This document shows positions 25,791-34,285 of a stretch of DNA of 61,194 bases, piece by piece (position 1 is the first letter of the stretch; every line of letters starts with the position of its first letter). Source of the stretch: a virus (Duplodnaviria > Caudoviricetes); IMG/VR virus record IMGVR_UViG_3300025117_000072, positions 1-61,194 of that record; one strand, 5' to 3'. The notes beneath the pieces were generated by a model. The model did no database searches. It was not told where the DNA came from and saw only the letters and a program-made list of their open reading frames with translations. The position numbers and the translations under genes were made by a program.

Positions 25791-27113
25791 CTATAATTCC
25801 TCATCATCTGTCGGCCTTAACGGTTGCTTTTCGACACTCCTGTCTGTGTCGTAAATCCGCTGCGTGAACCTCTCGAACTCGAGCATGGTCTTCCATCCCG
25901 CTTCGCCGTCTCGAGCCTTCAGACATTCAACTTCCATCCAAGGATCTTCTTTGTCCTTGCGGTAGAGGCTGAGGACCACATCGGCGTTCTGTTCTATGTC
26001 TCCGCTCTCCTTCAGGTCGCTGAGGATCGGGCGCTTATTATTTCTCTCCTCCACTTTTCTCGAGAGTTGGCAGAGGACCACAACCGGGCAGCCGAGATCC
26101 TTTCCGAGATCGCATAGCCGTTCACTTGTAAATGAGAGTTCATGGTGTCGACTCTGCGTCCGCTTCCTAGTTGTGGTCTTCTGGAGGTGGTCGACCATGA
26201 TCATAGATATCGGCCCATTCATGGCCACCGTTTCCGCCTTGGAATAGAGTATTTCGATGGTTTTGTATTTCGGGGAGTCTAATATCATTGGGTTTTTCTT
26301 GGATAGACGATCAAAAGTCTCGAGCAGGTCTGGCCACTGGCTGTTGTCGACAGTGCGGTTTCTGATCTTTGAGAGATAAATCTGTGAGTCCATCGCCACA
26401 CGCCGACGGCTTATTCTCTCGGCTGTCATCTCGAGAGAGAAAAACAGGGCAGTGCCGGGGTAGGATGTCGACACGTTCTCGAGGATGTTTAAGCCAAGGG
26501 CTGTTTTCCCGATAGATGGTCGGGCAGCGAGATATATCGTTGTTCCCGGCTCGAGGTGGTAGAGATACTTGTCCAGGTTTAAAAAGCCGGTCTTTGGTCC
26601 CTGTGGTGCATCCTCTTTCTCGAGGTGCCTTTGGATCTGATCCATGAGATCGTAGTTGCTGAGATGTTCCGGGGCCTGCCCGCTCTCGAGGGTGCGTATT
26701 CCCTCTTTGAGTGTCGACAGCGTATCCTCCAACGGTTCATGCACGGCAAACGCCTTATCCGCCGTCACCTGGCAGGCCGTGATGACCTGCCGCCTCTGCG
26801 AGTGCTCCCGGATGATTTCGGAGTGGGCTTTCCACCCGGCAGACGTGCTTACCGTATCGTGCAGTTCCCCTAGGTAGGGTATCCCTCCGACCGCTTCCAG
26901 TTTGCCGGATGCCCGAAGTGCAGCCTCAAGGGTGATGATGTCCATGCCCCTGCCGAGCGTCTGCATGGACCCCCAAATAATCTGATGCTTCTCAGGGTAA
27001 AAATCAGTCGGTACTAATTGTATTTGGCCTATGATTTCTGGCCGGATGAAGCAACCTGATAACAGTGCCTTTTCCGCTTCTAGGTCGTGGGGCAGCATCC
27101 TTACCTTTTCCAT
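25791..27113 (-). CDS. dnaB: Replicative DNA helicase
   Basis: LPHDLEAEKALL, AARPSIGKT, FSLEM, VDHLQ, QLSR, SDLKESGDIEQNAD. Confidence 0.95.
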   Translation of the reverse strand: MEKVRMLPHDLEAEKALLSGCFIRPEIIGQIQLVPTDFYPEKHQIIWGSMQTLGRGMDIITLEAALRASGKLEAVGGIPYLGELHDTVSTSAGWKAHSEIIREHSQRRQVITACQVTADKAFAVHEPLEDTLSTLKEGIRTLESGQAPEHLSNYDLMDQIQRHLEKEDAPQGPKTGFLNLDKYLYHLEPGTTIYLAARPSIGKTALGLNILENVSTSYPGTALFFSLEMTAERISRRRVAMDSQIYLSKIRNRTVDNSQWPDLLETFDRLSKKNPMILDSPKYKTIEILYSKAETVAMNGPISMIMVDHLQKTTTRKRTQSRHHELSFTSERLCDLGKDLGCPVVVLCQLSRKVEERNNKRPILSDLKESGDIEQNADVVLSLYRKDKEDPWMEVECLKARDGEAGWKTMLEFERFTQRIYDTDRSVEKQPLRPTDDEEL

Positions 27114-27562
27114 GCAATTCCTCTTTCAATAGCCGTATGATTTGCTTTTGCAGCGCAATTACCCGTTTCAGTTCCCTGATTTCCTGGTCTGTGTTCACTT
27201 ACACCCCCTCGGAGGGGCTTTTTGTTTGGGCTGCCTTTCGCAATACCTGCCCATTGGGGCAAATGCAGTAATTGAGCCGACCGACCGGGACGCCTGCCGG
27301 TGTCTTCACGCCCCGAGTGTCAACTACTCCACTGTTACCGCAGAGTGTGCAGTGTGCTGTGGCGTAATATTCAAGCCAGTATTTCGTGACCATGTAATGA
27401 ACTGCCCTCATTCTCTCATCCTCCCCATCCACCACGCCCAGAACTCCCTGAACCACTGGAGCATGATCCCCCAGGCCATCGCCTCATTGAGCAGGACGAG
27501 CGGGCCGAGGGCTTCAGCCTGGCGAGAGGCTACGGCTTCGGGGGATCTCGGGTAGAAATCGC

Positions 27563-27910
27563 TCATTCCGCCAACCCTCCATGTCTCCCGCGCTTGCAGT
27601 GGATTCCATACTCTGCCGCCCGAGTCGTCACGGTTGACGTTGCCACCTTGATTTGCTTTGCAATAGCCTTGAACGTGCCGAGACTCCCGACCATTACCAG
27701 AAGCCACTCGCGCTCGTCTTTGTATCGGCCAGTCCAGTGCTTAGACAGGTCCAGCCGTTTGGCTCCACACTTCACGGTGTAGTCGTGTTCATGCCTCGGG
27801 TGTATATTTTCGGGTTCCTGCATCTCTTCGGGGTCGGCATACCTGACCCCCATGCGTGGTCGTGGGCAGATGTCGTCGGTTACGTCGGTCCAGGTTTCAG
27901 GAATGGTCAT
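27563..27910 (-). CDS. Hypothetical protein with C-terminal HTH
   Basis: TFKAIAKQIKVATSTVTTRAAEYGI. Confidence 0.5.
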   Translation of the reverse strand: MTIPETWTDVTDDICPRPRMGVRYADPEEMQEPENIHPRHEHDYTVKCGAKRLDLSKHWTGRYKDEREWLLVMVGSLGTFKAIAKQIKVATSTVTTRAAEYGIHCKRGRHGGLAE

Positions 27911-28596
27911 AAAAAGCTCTCCTGCTTGGGTTGCTCGGGCTTTACCGTGAACAGCTTCGGTTGTCGCAGATACCGCTTGATCCTCTCCACGGCCCCTGAC
28001 AGGTACTCTTCGTCTATCTCGTACCCTGTTAAGTGGAATCCAAGGTCATGGCAGGCGATCGCTATTGAGCCCGAGCCCAGGTGTGTATCAAGAATCGTGT
28101 CGCCCGGCTTGGCGTAGTTGGTCAGGAGCCAGCGGTAGAGGGCTACGGGTTTTTGGGTGGGATGGATACGCGGTTCAGTGAGAATGAATCCAGCGTTTGC
28201 ACAAAAATTGAATTTTTCCGCTCTCCCCACATAGGAAGTCCACGCAAATTCCCACTCACTGGCGTTTTGTTGATTGGGGCGTATCTTATCCCAACATAAG
28301 GGCTTTTGTGTTGGAGGGAGAGAATGGAAATTGCCGCCCCAAATGATTTGATTCTTGCTTACCCTAAAGAGCTGATTGAAATATTCCGGTTGCGGTGGGA
28401 TATCCCACTTGTCAGCACCAGACCCAACCATTCCTGTCCACCCATGTGTTGCCCCACCCGAAACAAGCCTCTTGCCTATCCCATACGGCGGGTCCACGGG
28501 GGCCAAATCAAAAGCCCGGTCCTGCATCTCCCGCATGGCTGGCAGGCAGTCGGCTAAGAACAGGCGGCAATGGTCGGTCTCAAAGTACGGTTTCAA
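27907..28596 (-). CDS. N6A/N4C DNA methyltransferase (beta class)
   Basis: DPPY, HPTQKP, ILDTHLGSGS motifs. Confidence 0.93.
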   Translation of the reverse strand: MKPYFETDHCRLFLADCLPAMREMQDRAFDLAPVDPPYGIGKRLVSGGATHGWTGMVGSGADKWDIPPQPEYFNQLFRVSKNQIIWGGNFHSLPPTQKPLCWDKIRPNQQNASEWEFAWTSYVGRAEKFNFCANAGFILTEPRIHPTQKPVALYRWLLTNYAKPGDTILDTHLGSGSIAIACHDLGFHLTGYEIDEEYLSGAVERIKRYLRQPKLFTVKPEQPKQESFL

Positions 28597-28696
28597 TACC
28601 CACTCCCCCTACGCCATCCCCCCGATGCCAAATCAGGTCGATACTGTATCCGCGTAGACCAAGAAAAAGCCCTCCAGGTGTGCGTCGGAGGGCGGG

Positions 28697-29113
28697 TTAC
28701 TGCTCTAATGCTTGTGTGTACTCATCTACCCCTTCAAGCAGTTCCCTGAAATCAGCGAACCAAATGACCATTCTTCGCATGAGCCCTGCCTGTTCTCCTT
28801 TGGCCCACAATCCGAGAATGGGTCTGCCGACTGCCCAGGCCGCCCCGATCTCTGCCCATGCGTCCGTTCCCGATGGACCGACATAAATAACCAGATCCGA
28901 TTTAGTGGCTCCTGTCGTGTCATATTGGAACTTCTCATAGCCGTCATTGCTATTGATCCACTGTTCAAAGTCGAATTTGATATTGGTCCGGCCCTCATCA
29001 CAGACGGCCTTCTCGACAAAGGAATGGATGTCGTGTCCCTTCGTCCTGAGTAGGTCAGTCAGCATTTCGACTGCATGTTGGTTCTTCCAAGAACTGGCGA
29101 TATAGATTTTCAT
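28697..29113 (-). CDS. Nucleoside 2-deoxyribosyltransferase-like protein
   Basis: MKIYIASSWKN...SDLVIYVGPSGTDAWAEIGAA. Confidence 0.72.
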   Translation of the reverse strand: MKIYIASSWKNQHAVEMLTDLLRTKGHDIHSFVEKAVCDEGRTNIKFDFEQWINSNDGYEKFQYDTTGATKSDLVIYVGPSGTDAWAEIGAAWAVGRPILGLWAKGEQAGLMRRMVIWFADFRELLEGVDEYTQALEQ

Positions 29114-29492
29114 CACTCCCCTCCTTCCGCGTCTTCCAGTTTCACAATTCCATGTAAACAGACGCGGCACGTCACCTGCGTTCTGTTCTCGGTATGCAGG
29201 ACGTTTTCGGCGTTTCTGCCGCAGACTGTTACCGGCATTCTCTCGCCCTGCTCCGGGTAGTCCTCCAGAAAACAAAAAGGAAATTCCTCGTTGAAATAGT
29301 GCCAGCGTGCCATCCCCCTCACCTCCAAAAAATAGGCCACAGCCGGAGGCCGTGACCCGTGTTCGTTTCTGTTCCGTTGCTGGATTTGGATATGGTAGGT
29401 TTTGCTGTAAGAGTTAAAGTAAGGGTTTAAGATTCTTTTCAGAATCAAATTGTGGAGGGGCAAAGGTCCTCTTTGATTCGGCGTGAGTGATT

Positions 29493-30605
29493 TCAAGAAC
29501 CTATAGACCCCCCGTTGCTGGTTCGTTTCTGCTTTACCAGTTGCTTCAGGTTATCGACGTTCACTCCCTCGTATCTCCTGGTATGGCGCAATGTGGTGTG
29601 TCCCGCAGCCTTGGAAGCAAGCAAGAGCTGGTCGCTGTGCTGTGTAATGAAGCTGTGTTTCGTGCCCTGGTAGAGAGTCACCTTGACGGGGCACCCTGCC
29701 CTTTCTCGGGCTTCATTCCAGGTGGTAGAAATGTGGCCGGTATAGGGAAGTCCCCCCTTGTCGATGAAAACATACGGGCTCTTGAGCCTGTTCTTTTTGA
29801 CAGCCTGAAGGATCTCGGCAACCGGGTCCGTGATAGGCATGTACCGGACTCGCTTCGTCTTGGTGAACTCCTCCAAGCGGGTCCTTCTTCCCTTCGAGAA
29901 CTTCCTTTTGATGACGATGATTCCCTTGTCTTGGTGGACGCAGTTCCATTGGAGGGCCATGGCTTCTCCCGTCCTGACAGGCCATGCACACAGGAACCGG
30001 AATATCGGGCGGTCATGTTCGGGGATCTCCGAAATGATTTTTTCCTGCCAGTAGGGAGTGAGCCAGGGGACCTCTTTTTCGGGGATCTCTATCGTGGGGA
30101 AATGCGGGACGCTTATAACGTCCTCATAGTCAACGGCTGCATCGGCAAGAATGGTATGGAGAAAGTCGAGATGAACTTTCCGTGTGGCCGGCGCGAGCCG
30201 GGGAAGACTGGACAGGTAATCCTTGATGTGGGCCTGTTTTATGGACCTCATGTCCATAGTTCCAAAGAACTCTATCGCCCTTGCGACATACCGCTCCACG
30301 TCCACAAGGGACCCCTTTGCATACCGGCTGCCCTTGACGACATTCTGCCGCCACTTCTCCGCGTAGGTGCCGAAAAGGAGCTCATTCTGAGCGTAGCCAA
30401 ACCATTTGCGGGGATTGAACCCCTTGCCTAGCTTTTCCAGGTCTCCGTTGATCAGGTTCGTGATCCGGTCGGCCCTTCCCCTGGAATCGATCGGTGTTCC
30501 ATCATCGCACCATGTACGGGTCCACTTCTTCCCCTGGTAGTACAGGTAAACGACAAAGCGCGGCTCCCCTGCATCTTGTCTCTGGTAGTATCTGCACCGT
30601 GACAT
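29493..30605 (-). CDS. int: Tyrosine recombinase/integrase
   Basis: PVRTGEAMALQW, TKTKR, LYQGTKHSF, AGHT...TRRY. Confidence 0.88.
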   Translation of the reverse strand: MSRCRYYQRQDAGEPRFVVYLYYQGKKWTRTWCDDGTPIDSRGRADRITNLINGDLEKLGKGFNPRKWFGYAQNELLFGTYAEKWRQNVVKGSRYAKGSLVDVERYVARAIEFFGTMDMRSIKQAHIKDYLSSLPRLAPATRKVHLDFLHTILADAAVDYEDVISVPHFPTIEIPEKEVPWLTPYWQEKIISEIPEHDRPIFRFLCAWPVRTGEAMALQWNCVHQDKGIIVIKRKFSKGRRTRLEEFTKTKRVRYMPITDPVAEILQAVKKNRLKSPYVFIDKGGLPYTGHISTTWNEARERAGCPVKVTLYQGTKHSFITQHSDQLLLASKAAGHTTLRHTRRYEGVNVDNLKQLVKQKRTSNGGSIGS

Positions 30606-30690
30606 AGGCTCCCCTCCCCTTTTTGGTATGAGGGCCATCTTACCACGTCTGCCTGTCAGTGGAAGGGGGGTCAAAGTAGGGTCTCCTGGG

Positions 30691-30879
30691 TCATGGGTTC
30701 GGGGTGGTGATAACGCTCATGTGTAGATGATCTTCCCAGCACTCCTCACAGAAATACTGCTTACAGGCGTTGCAGCGGATAACAGCGGGCTCTCCACAGA
30801 TCCCCCGATCCTTCTTGTCTTGGTCGAGGCCGAGCCACTCTTCACATGTATGAACGCCTGACTTTCGTAATCTGCTCAT
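30691..30879 (-). CDS. Small B-box-like zinc-binding protein
   Basis: CGEPAVIRCNACKQYFCEECWEDH. Confidence 0.6.
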   Translation of the reverse strand: MSRLRKSGVHTCEEWLGLDQDKKDRGICGEPAVIRCNACKQYFCEECWEDHLHMSVITTPNP

Positions 30880-31072
30880 TTACCCACTCTCTCCTTTAAA
30901 GGTGCGGGGCAGGATAACCCCCACTTACCGCCACTGCGCGGGTCCGTCGTCCGGCGAGCCTGTTCCGCACCCAGGTTGTTGATTTCATCCTTCAATATCC
31001 AATGATTTCCGAGCCGTATACGGACCACTGTTTGAAGCTACCCCTGCATACGCCAGTATTCGTGACATGCTT

Positions 31073-31327
31073 TCACCCTCTTGATAGAATCGTTTTCAAC
31101 GAATCAGCGGAGTGAAGGTCAGTCATGGCAATGGTTCCCAAATCACGCATCAGGCACTCAACAACGTACTCAGCAATGAGCTTGGAACGATCCTTGCCGG
31201 TGCGCTTTGTCACGACTTCCAGTAAGGAAATGATGGTTCCGGGTAGCCTGGTAGAAGCGGGAACAAGTGAGTTCCCATCTTCCGCGTGTACCTGTCTCGT
31301 CAGATTGAGCTTCAACTGTGCTTCCAT
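31073..31327 (-). CDS. Putative RHH/CII-position regulator
   Basis: ASTRLP...TGKDRSKLIAEYV; downstream of cro. Confidence 0.55.
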   Translation of the reverse strand: MEAQLKLNLTRQVHAEDGNSLVPASTRLPGTIISLLEVVTKRTGKDRSKLIAEYVVECLMRDLGTIAMTDLHSADSLKTILSRG

Positions 31328-31351
31328 AGGGGGCCTATCCCTGTTTGGAGG

Positions 31352-31702
31352 TTATTGCCAAATGTCAACGCCTAGAATCTCCGTGATGCAAGCCCGGACC
31401 CTCTTGGAATTATGGATGCCGTGGATAGTGTTATATACGGACGTTCGGGTAGTCCCGCATTCTCGGGCGACCCGGTACACCGACCATCCTTTAAGTGAAA
31501 GCAGGAGGCTGATCGCTTCGACCGGAGGAAATGACTCAGCGTCCCGAATTGCATCCAGGAGGGTGTTTCTGAGTGTTTCGGTCTGGAATCTTGACTTTTC
31601 CAAGGGGTCCTGTAGAGTGGAAAATGGGTTTGCAGAAGTCCGCACAGTAGAACTCTCCTTGTTGACATTATGTCGGCAGGGGAGAGGTCTATTTGATGCC
31701 AA
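31352..31702 (-). CDS. Ner-like HTH protein
   Basis: LKGWSVYRVARECGTTRTSVYNTIHG...ITEILGVDIW. Confidence 0.65.
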   Translation of the reverse strand: MASNRPLPCRHNVNKESSTVRTSANPFSTLQDPLEKSRFQTETLRNTLLDAIRDAESFPPVEAISLLLSLKGWSVYRVARECGTTRTSVYNTIHGIHNSKRVRACITEILGVDIWQ

Positions 31703-31907
31703 AAAACACCAGCTCGGATTCGTCTATGCCAAGGATTTTTCCCCACTTGACGGCATTCTCGGGGGTGATGCTTTGCTCTCCTGTCTCGATACGAGATACC
31801 GTTGGGGTGGAGACCTTGAGCAGTTTTCCGAGTTCGGCCTGGGTCATTCTCGGGCTTCTGCGATGCCTGAATTCCATAAATGGATGCTTTGACTTTTTAC
31901 GTGTCAT
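31689..31907 (-). CDS. Cro-like XRE HTH protein
   Basis: MTQAELGKLLKVSTPTVSRIETG; divergent from repressor. Confidence 0.85.
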   Translation of the reverse strand: MTRKKSKHPFMEFRHRRSPRMTQAELGKLLKVSTPTVSRIETGEQSITPENAVKWGKILGIDESELVFFGIK

Positions 31908-31912
31908 AACTA

Positions 31913-31942
31913 ATTCTATTTTCACTCAGTGTAAAAAGTCAA
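31913..31942 (-). promoter_or_regulatory. PR-like promoter with overlapping operator
   Basis: TTGACT-N18-TAGAAT; TTTCA-N5-TGTAA at 31920-31934. Confidence 0.55.
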
Positions 31943-31984
31943 GCACAAATCCGATTCCACTTGATTACAGAGGATGAAAAAATT

Positions 31985-32551
31985 ATGATCGGCACGAAAT
32001 TGAGGCGGATTCGGGAGGGACTGGGTTACAATCTTCAGAAAGCGGCAAAGATGACTGGGGTTTCAACCGCCACCCTGTCCCGCATGGAAAACGGCAGACA
32101 AGGGTTTACGCAGGACTCGATAACCAAGATCGCACAAGGATACGGTATCGACCCGCAAGAACTCTTCGTAGCCAAACAGCAGCGGGAGGTGCCGATGTTG
32201 AGTTTGCAGGAAGCGAAGCCGGTTTTCGTGAATCTAGGTAAACTCAAAACGTTCCTCAAAACGATGCCAGCAGTTACAGAAGATCCCAACGCCTTTTACA
32301 TAGTTGCGGAGGGTGCCCAGCTCAGGGGCTTACGGGTAGCGGTTGGCGACTTGCTCCTGGTGGAGCCGAATACTCCTGTCACAAACGGCTCAACTGTAAT
32401 CGCCCTGGTGAGAGATGAAGTCCTCCTGGGGCAGTTCTTCCAGACGAACGGAAAAGCCTTTATTCAGCCACAATCACCCCTCCAGGTTCCTGTCGTCCTT
32501 CCAAAGAAGTTCAAGATGTTCCGCGTTACGAAGATCATCATGAACGCCTAG
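31985..32551 (+). CDS. CI-like repressor (XRE HTH plus S24-like domain)
   Basis: LQKAAKMTGVSTATLSRMENG; AFYIVAEG...GDLLLVEP...VIALV. Confidence 0.88.
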   Translation: MIGTKLRRIREGLGYNLQKAAKMTGVSTATLSRMENGRQGFTQDSITKIAQGYGIDPQELFVAKQQREVPMLSLQEAKPVFVNLGKLKTFLKTMPAVTEDPNAFYIVAEGAQLRGLRVAVGDLLLVEPNTPVTNGSTVIALVRDEVLLGQFFQTNGKAFIQPQSPLQVPVVLPKKFKMFRVTKIIMNA

Positions 32552-32561
32552 CATTCCTTTC

Positions 32562-32583
32562 GGGGGCTTCGGCCCCCATTTCT
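32562..32583 (+). terminator. Terminator after repressor
   Basis: GGGGGC-TTCG-GCCCCC then ATTTCT. Confidence 0.7.
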
Positions 32584-32595
32584 TCCTGAAATAAA

Positions 32596-32658
32596 TTACA
32601 CTGAATGTAAAATAAAGCTTGCAATCTGATTTTTATGGATTTACAATCAATGTAAATC
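32596..32658 (+). promoter_or_regulatory. PL-like promoter with two palindromic operators
   Basis: TTGCAA(32619)-N17-TACAAT(32642); TTACA-N5-TGTAA at 32596-32610 and 32641-32655. Confidence 0.75.
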
Positions 32659-32710
32659 GAACCTTGATTTGCACATTTTTTGTTGCACACCGTGAGTAGA
32701 AAGGAACCAC

Positions 32711-33130
32711 ATGGCAATCAACGAAGCGTGTCAAGTCTGGATAGAGCAGAGGATTCAGGAAGAGAAAGAGCGTGGAACTTCAGATGCTGAAATTGGTCGG
32801 ATACTTGCCTCAGAAATCCTGAAATATTTTGAAGTCGGCATTAGGCCTAGAACCATAGAACAAAAATCACGCCGTTTTGCTACAAATGTAGCAAGCTCCC
32901 CAACCTCCCCACCTTCCAACGAAATTCAGGAAAATCAAGTTTCAGAGCCTTCCAAAACCGACAGCGTGTCGGATTTGCCTGCCCATGGCGGCAAGCGGGA
33001 AGGGTCAGGTCGGCCAACCAAATACGAGCAGGACACCGACGCTCTGTTTCAACTCAAGCGCTGGTGGAAGCTGGCGTCTAAAAGGGATCAGAAGACTTTT
33101 ATCAACTGGATTGGAACGGAGGAAAGCTAG
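32711..33130 (+). CDS. Hypothetical DNA-binding protein
   Basis: AAGGA RBS; HGGKREGSGRP motif. Confidence 0.7.
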   Translation: MAINEACQVWIEQRIQEEKERGTSDAEIGRILASEILKYFEVGIRPRTIEQKSRRFATNVASSPTSPPSNEIQENQVSEPSKTDSVSDLPAHGGKREGSGRPTKYEQDTDALFQLKRWWKLASKRDQKTFINWIGTEES

Positions 33131-33132
33131 AA

Positions 33133-33993
33133 ATGGAACAAAGTTCATGTAGTGCCAAGGTAGTAGAGATTACCCCAATACTGGCCCAAAAATGGCTCAA
33201 TGAGAAGAACACCCACAATCGGCCTATGTACGAGAGCGTCGTAGAAACCTATGCCCGCGATATGAAGCGCGGCAAGTGGGCTTTCAATCATCAAGGCATC
33301 TGCTTCAACGATGAGGATATCCTTGACGATGGACAGCACAGGCTCGCCGGAATTGTACGGTCGGGAAAGACAATCAAGATGTGGGTGTTTCGTGGCATGC
33401 CCAAGGTTCAGGGCTCCAATGGCGATACCATCATCACTCAGAACACAATCGACGACATCAAGAAGCGCACCGTGGGTGATCGTCTCCACCTTTCATACGG
33501 AATGGAAAACGCCAACATCAAGGTAGCGATGTGTGCGGCCATTGTGTTGATAGGGACCGGGAAGTCAACGAAACTATCTACCGGAATGGCAATGGAAATC
33601 TACATGATGTATCAGCATGAGATTGACATGGTAGTCGCCAACAAGGGCACCACTAGGGGGCTCGTTGTTGCTCCAGTCCTCGGAGCATTCGCATTTTCTG
33701 CCGCCTGCTTCAAGGAAAAAGCCATCGAATTCGAGAAGGGATATTTCGGTGGAGAAAACCTGCCAAGGCATTCCCCGATTCTGACCTTTCGGAACTACAT
33801 GCTCAACAGGTCAGTCATGTCCAGCAGGTTCTATGGGCGCTACACAATTTCTTCTCATTCTCTCAATGCCATGATGCACCACGTTCTTGGGAACAAAATT
33901 AAGAAATTGGTGCAGACGCGGCAGGGGATCGACTTCTTCATCAACAAGCAAAAGCGGACATACTCGGACATGATCGAGCTTCTGAAGCTGTAA
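33133..33993 (+). CDS. ParB/DGQHR-like domain protein
   Basis: ITPILAQKWL..NTHNR...YARDMKRGKW...DGQHRL. Confidence 0.8.
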   Translation: MEQSSCSAKVVEITPILAQKWLNEKNTHNRPMYESVVETYARDMKRGKWAFNHQGICFNDEDILDDGQHRLAGIVRSGKTIKMWVFRGMPKVQGSNGDTIITQNTIDDIKKRTVGDRLHLSYGMENANIKVAMCAAIVLIGTGKSTKLSTGMAMEIYMMYQHEIDMVVANKGTTRGLVVAPVLGAFAFSAACFKEKAIEFEKGYFGGENLPRHSPILTFRNYMLNRSVMSSRFYGRYTISSHSLNAMMHHVLGNKIKKLVQTRQGIDFFINKQKRTYSDMIELLKL

Positions 33994-34285
33994 GAAGGAC
34001 GGTTCACATGCAGCACTCCGCAACATTCCCCATCCCCAGAAAGCCCGCGACTGAATCCTTCATTGGGTCTGGTCTCGGGCTCTCTCCTTCCTTGATGAAT
34101 CGACGAAGGAGCGACCTGGCACTGAAAAAAGATGCGCACCCCCGAGCACCCGGCGAAAACCAGGGACGTGCCGCACAGCCATTAGATGGTGCTACCGGCT
34201 GTTCTCAGGCAGGGGCCAGACTGCTCCTTTGTGGGTTCATCACTTCCACCCCCACCCCCGATGCCGGGGATAGCCTGGAGGCATT

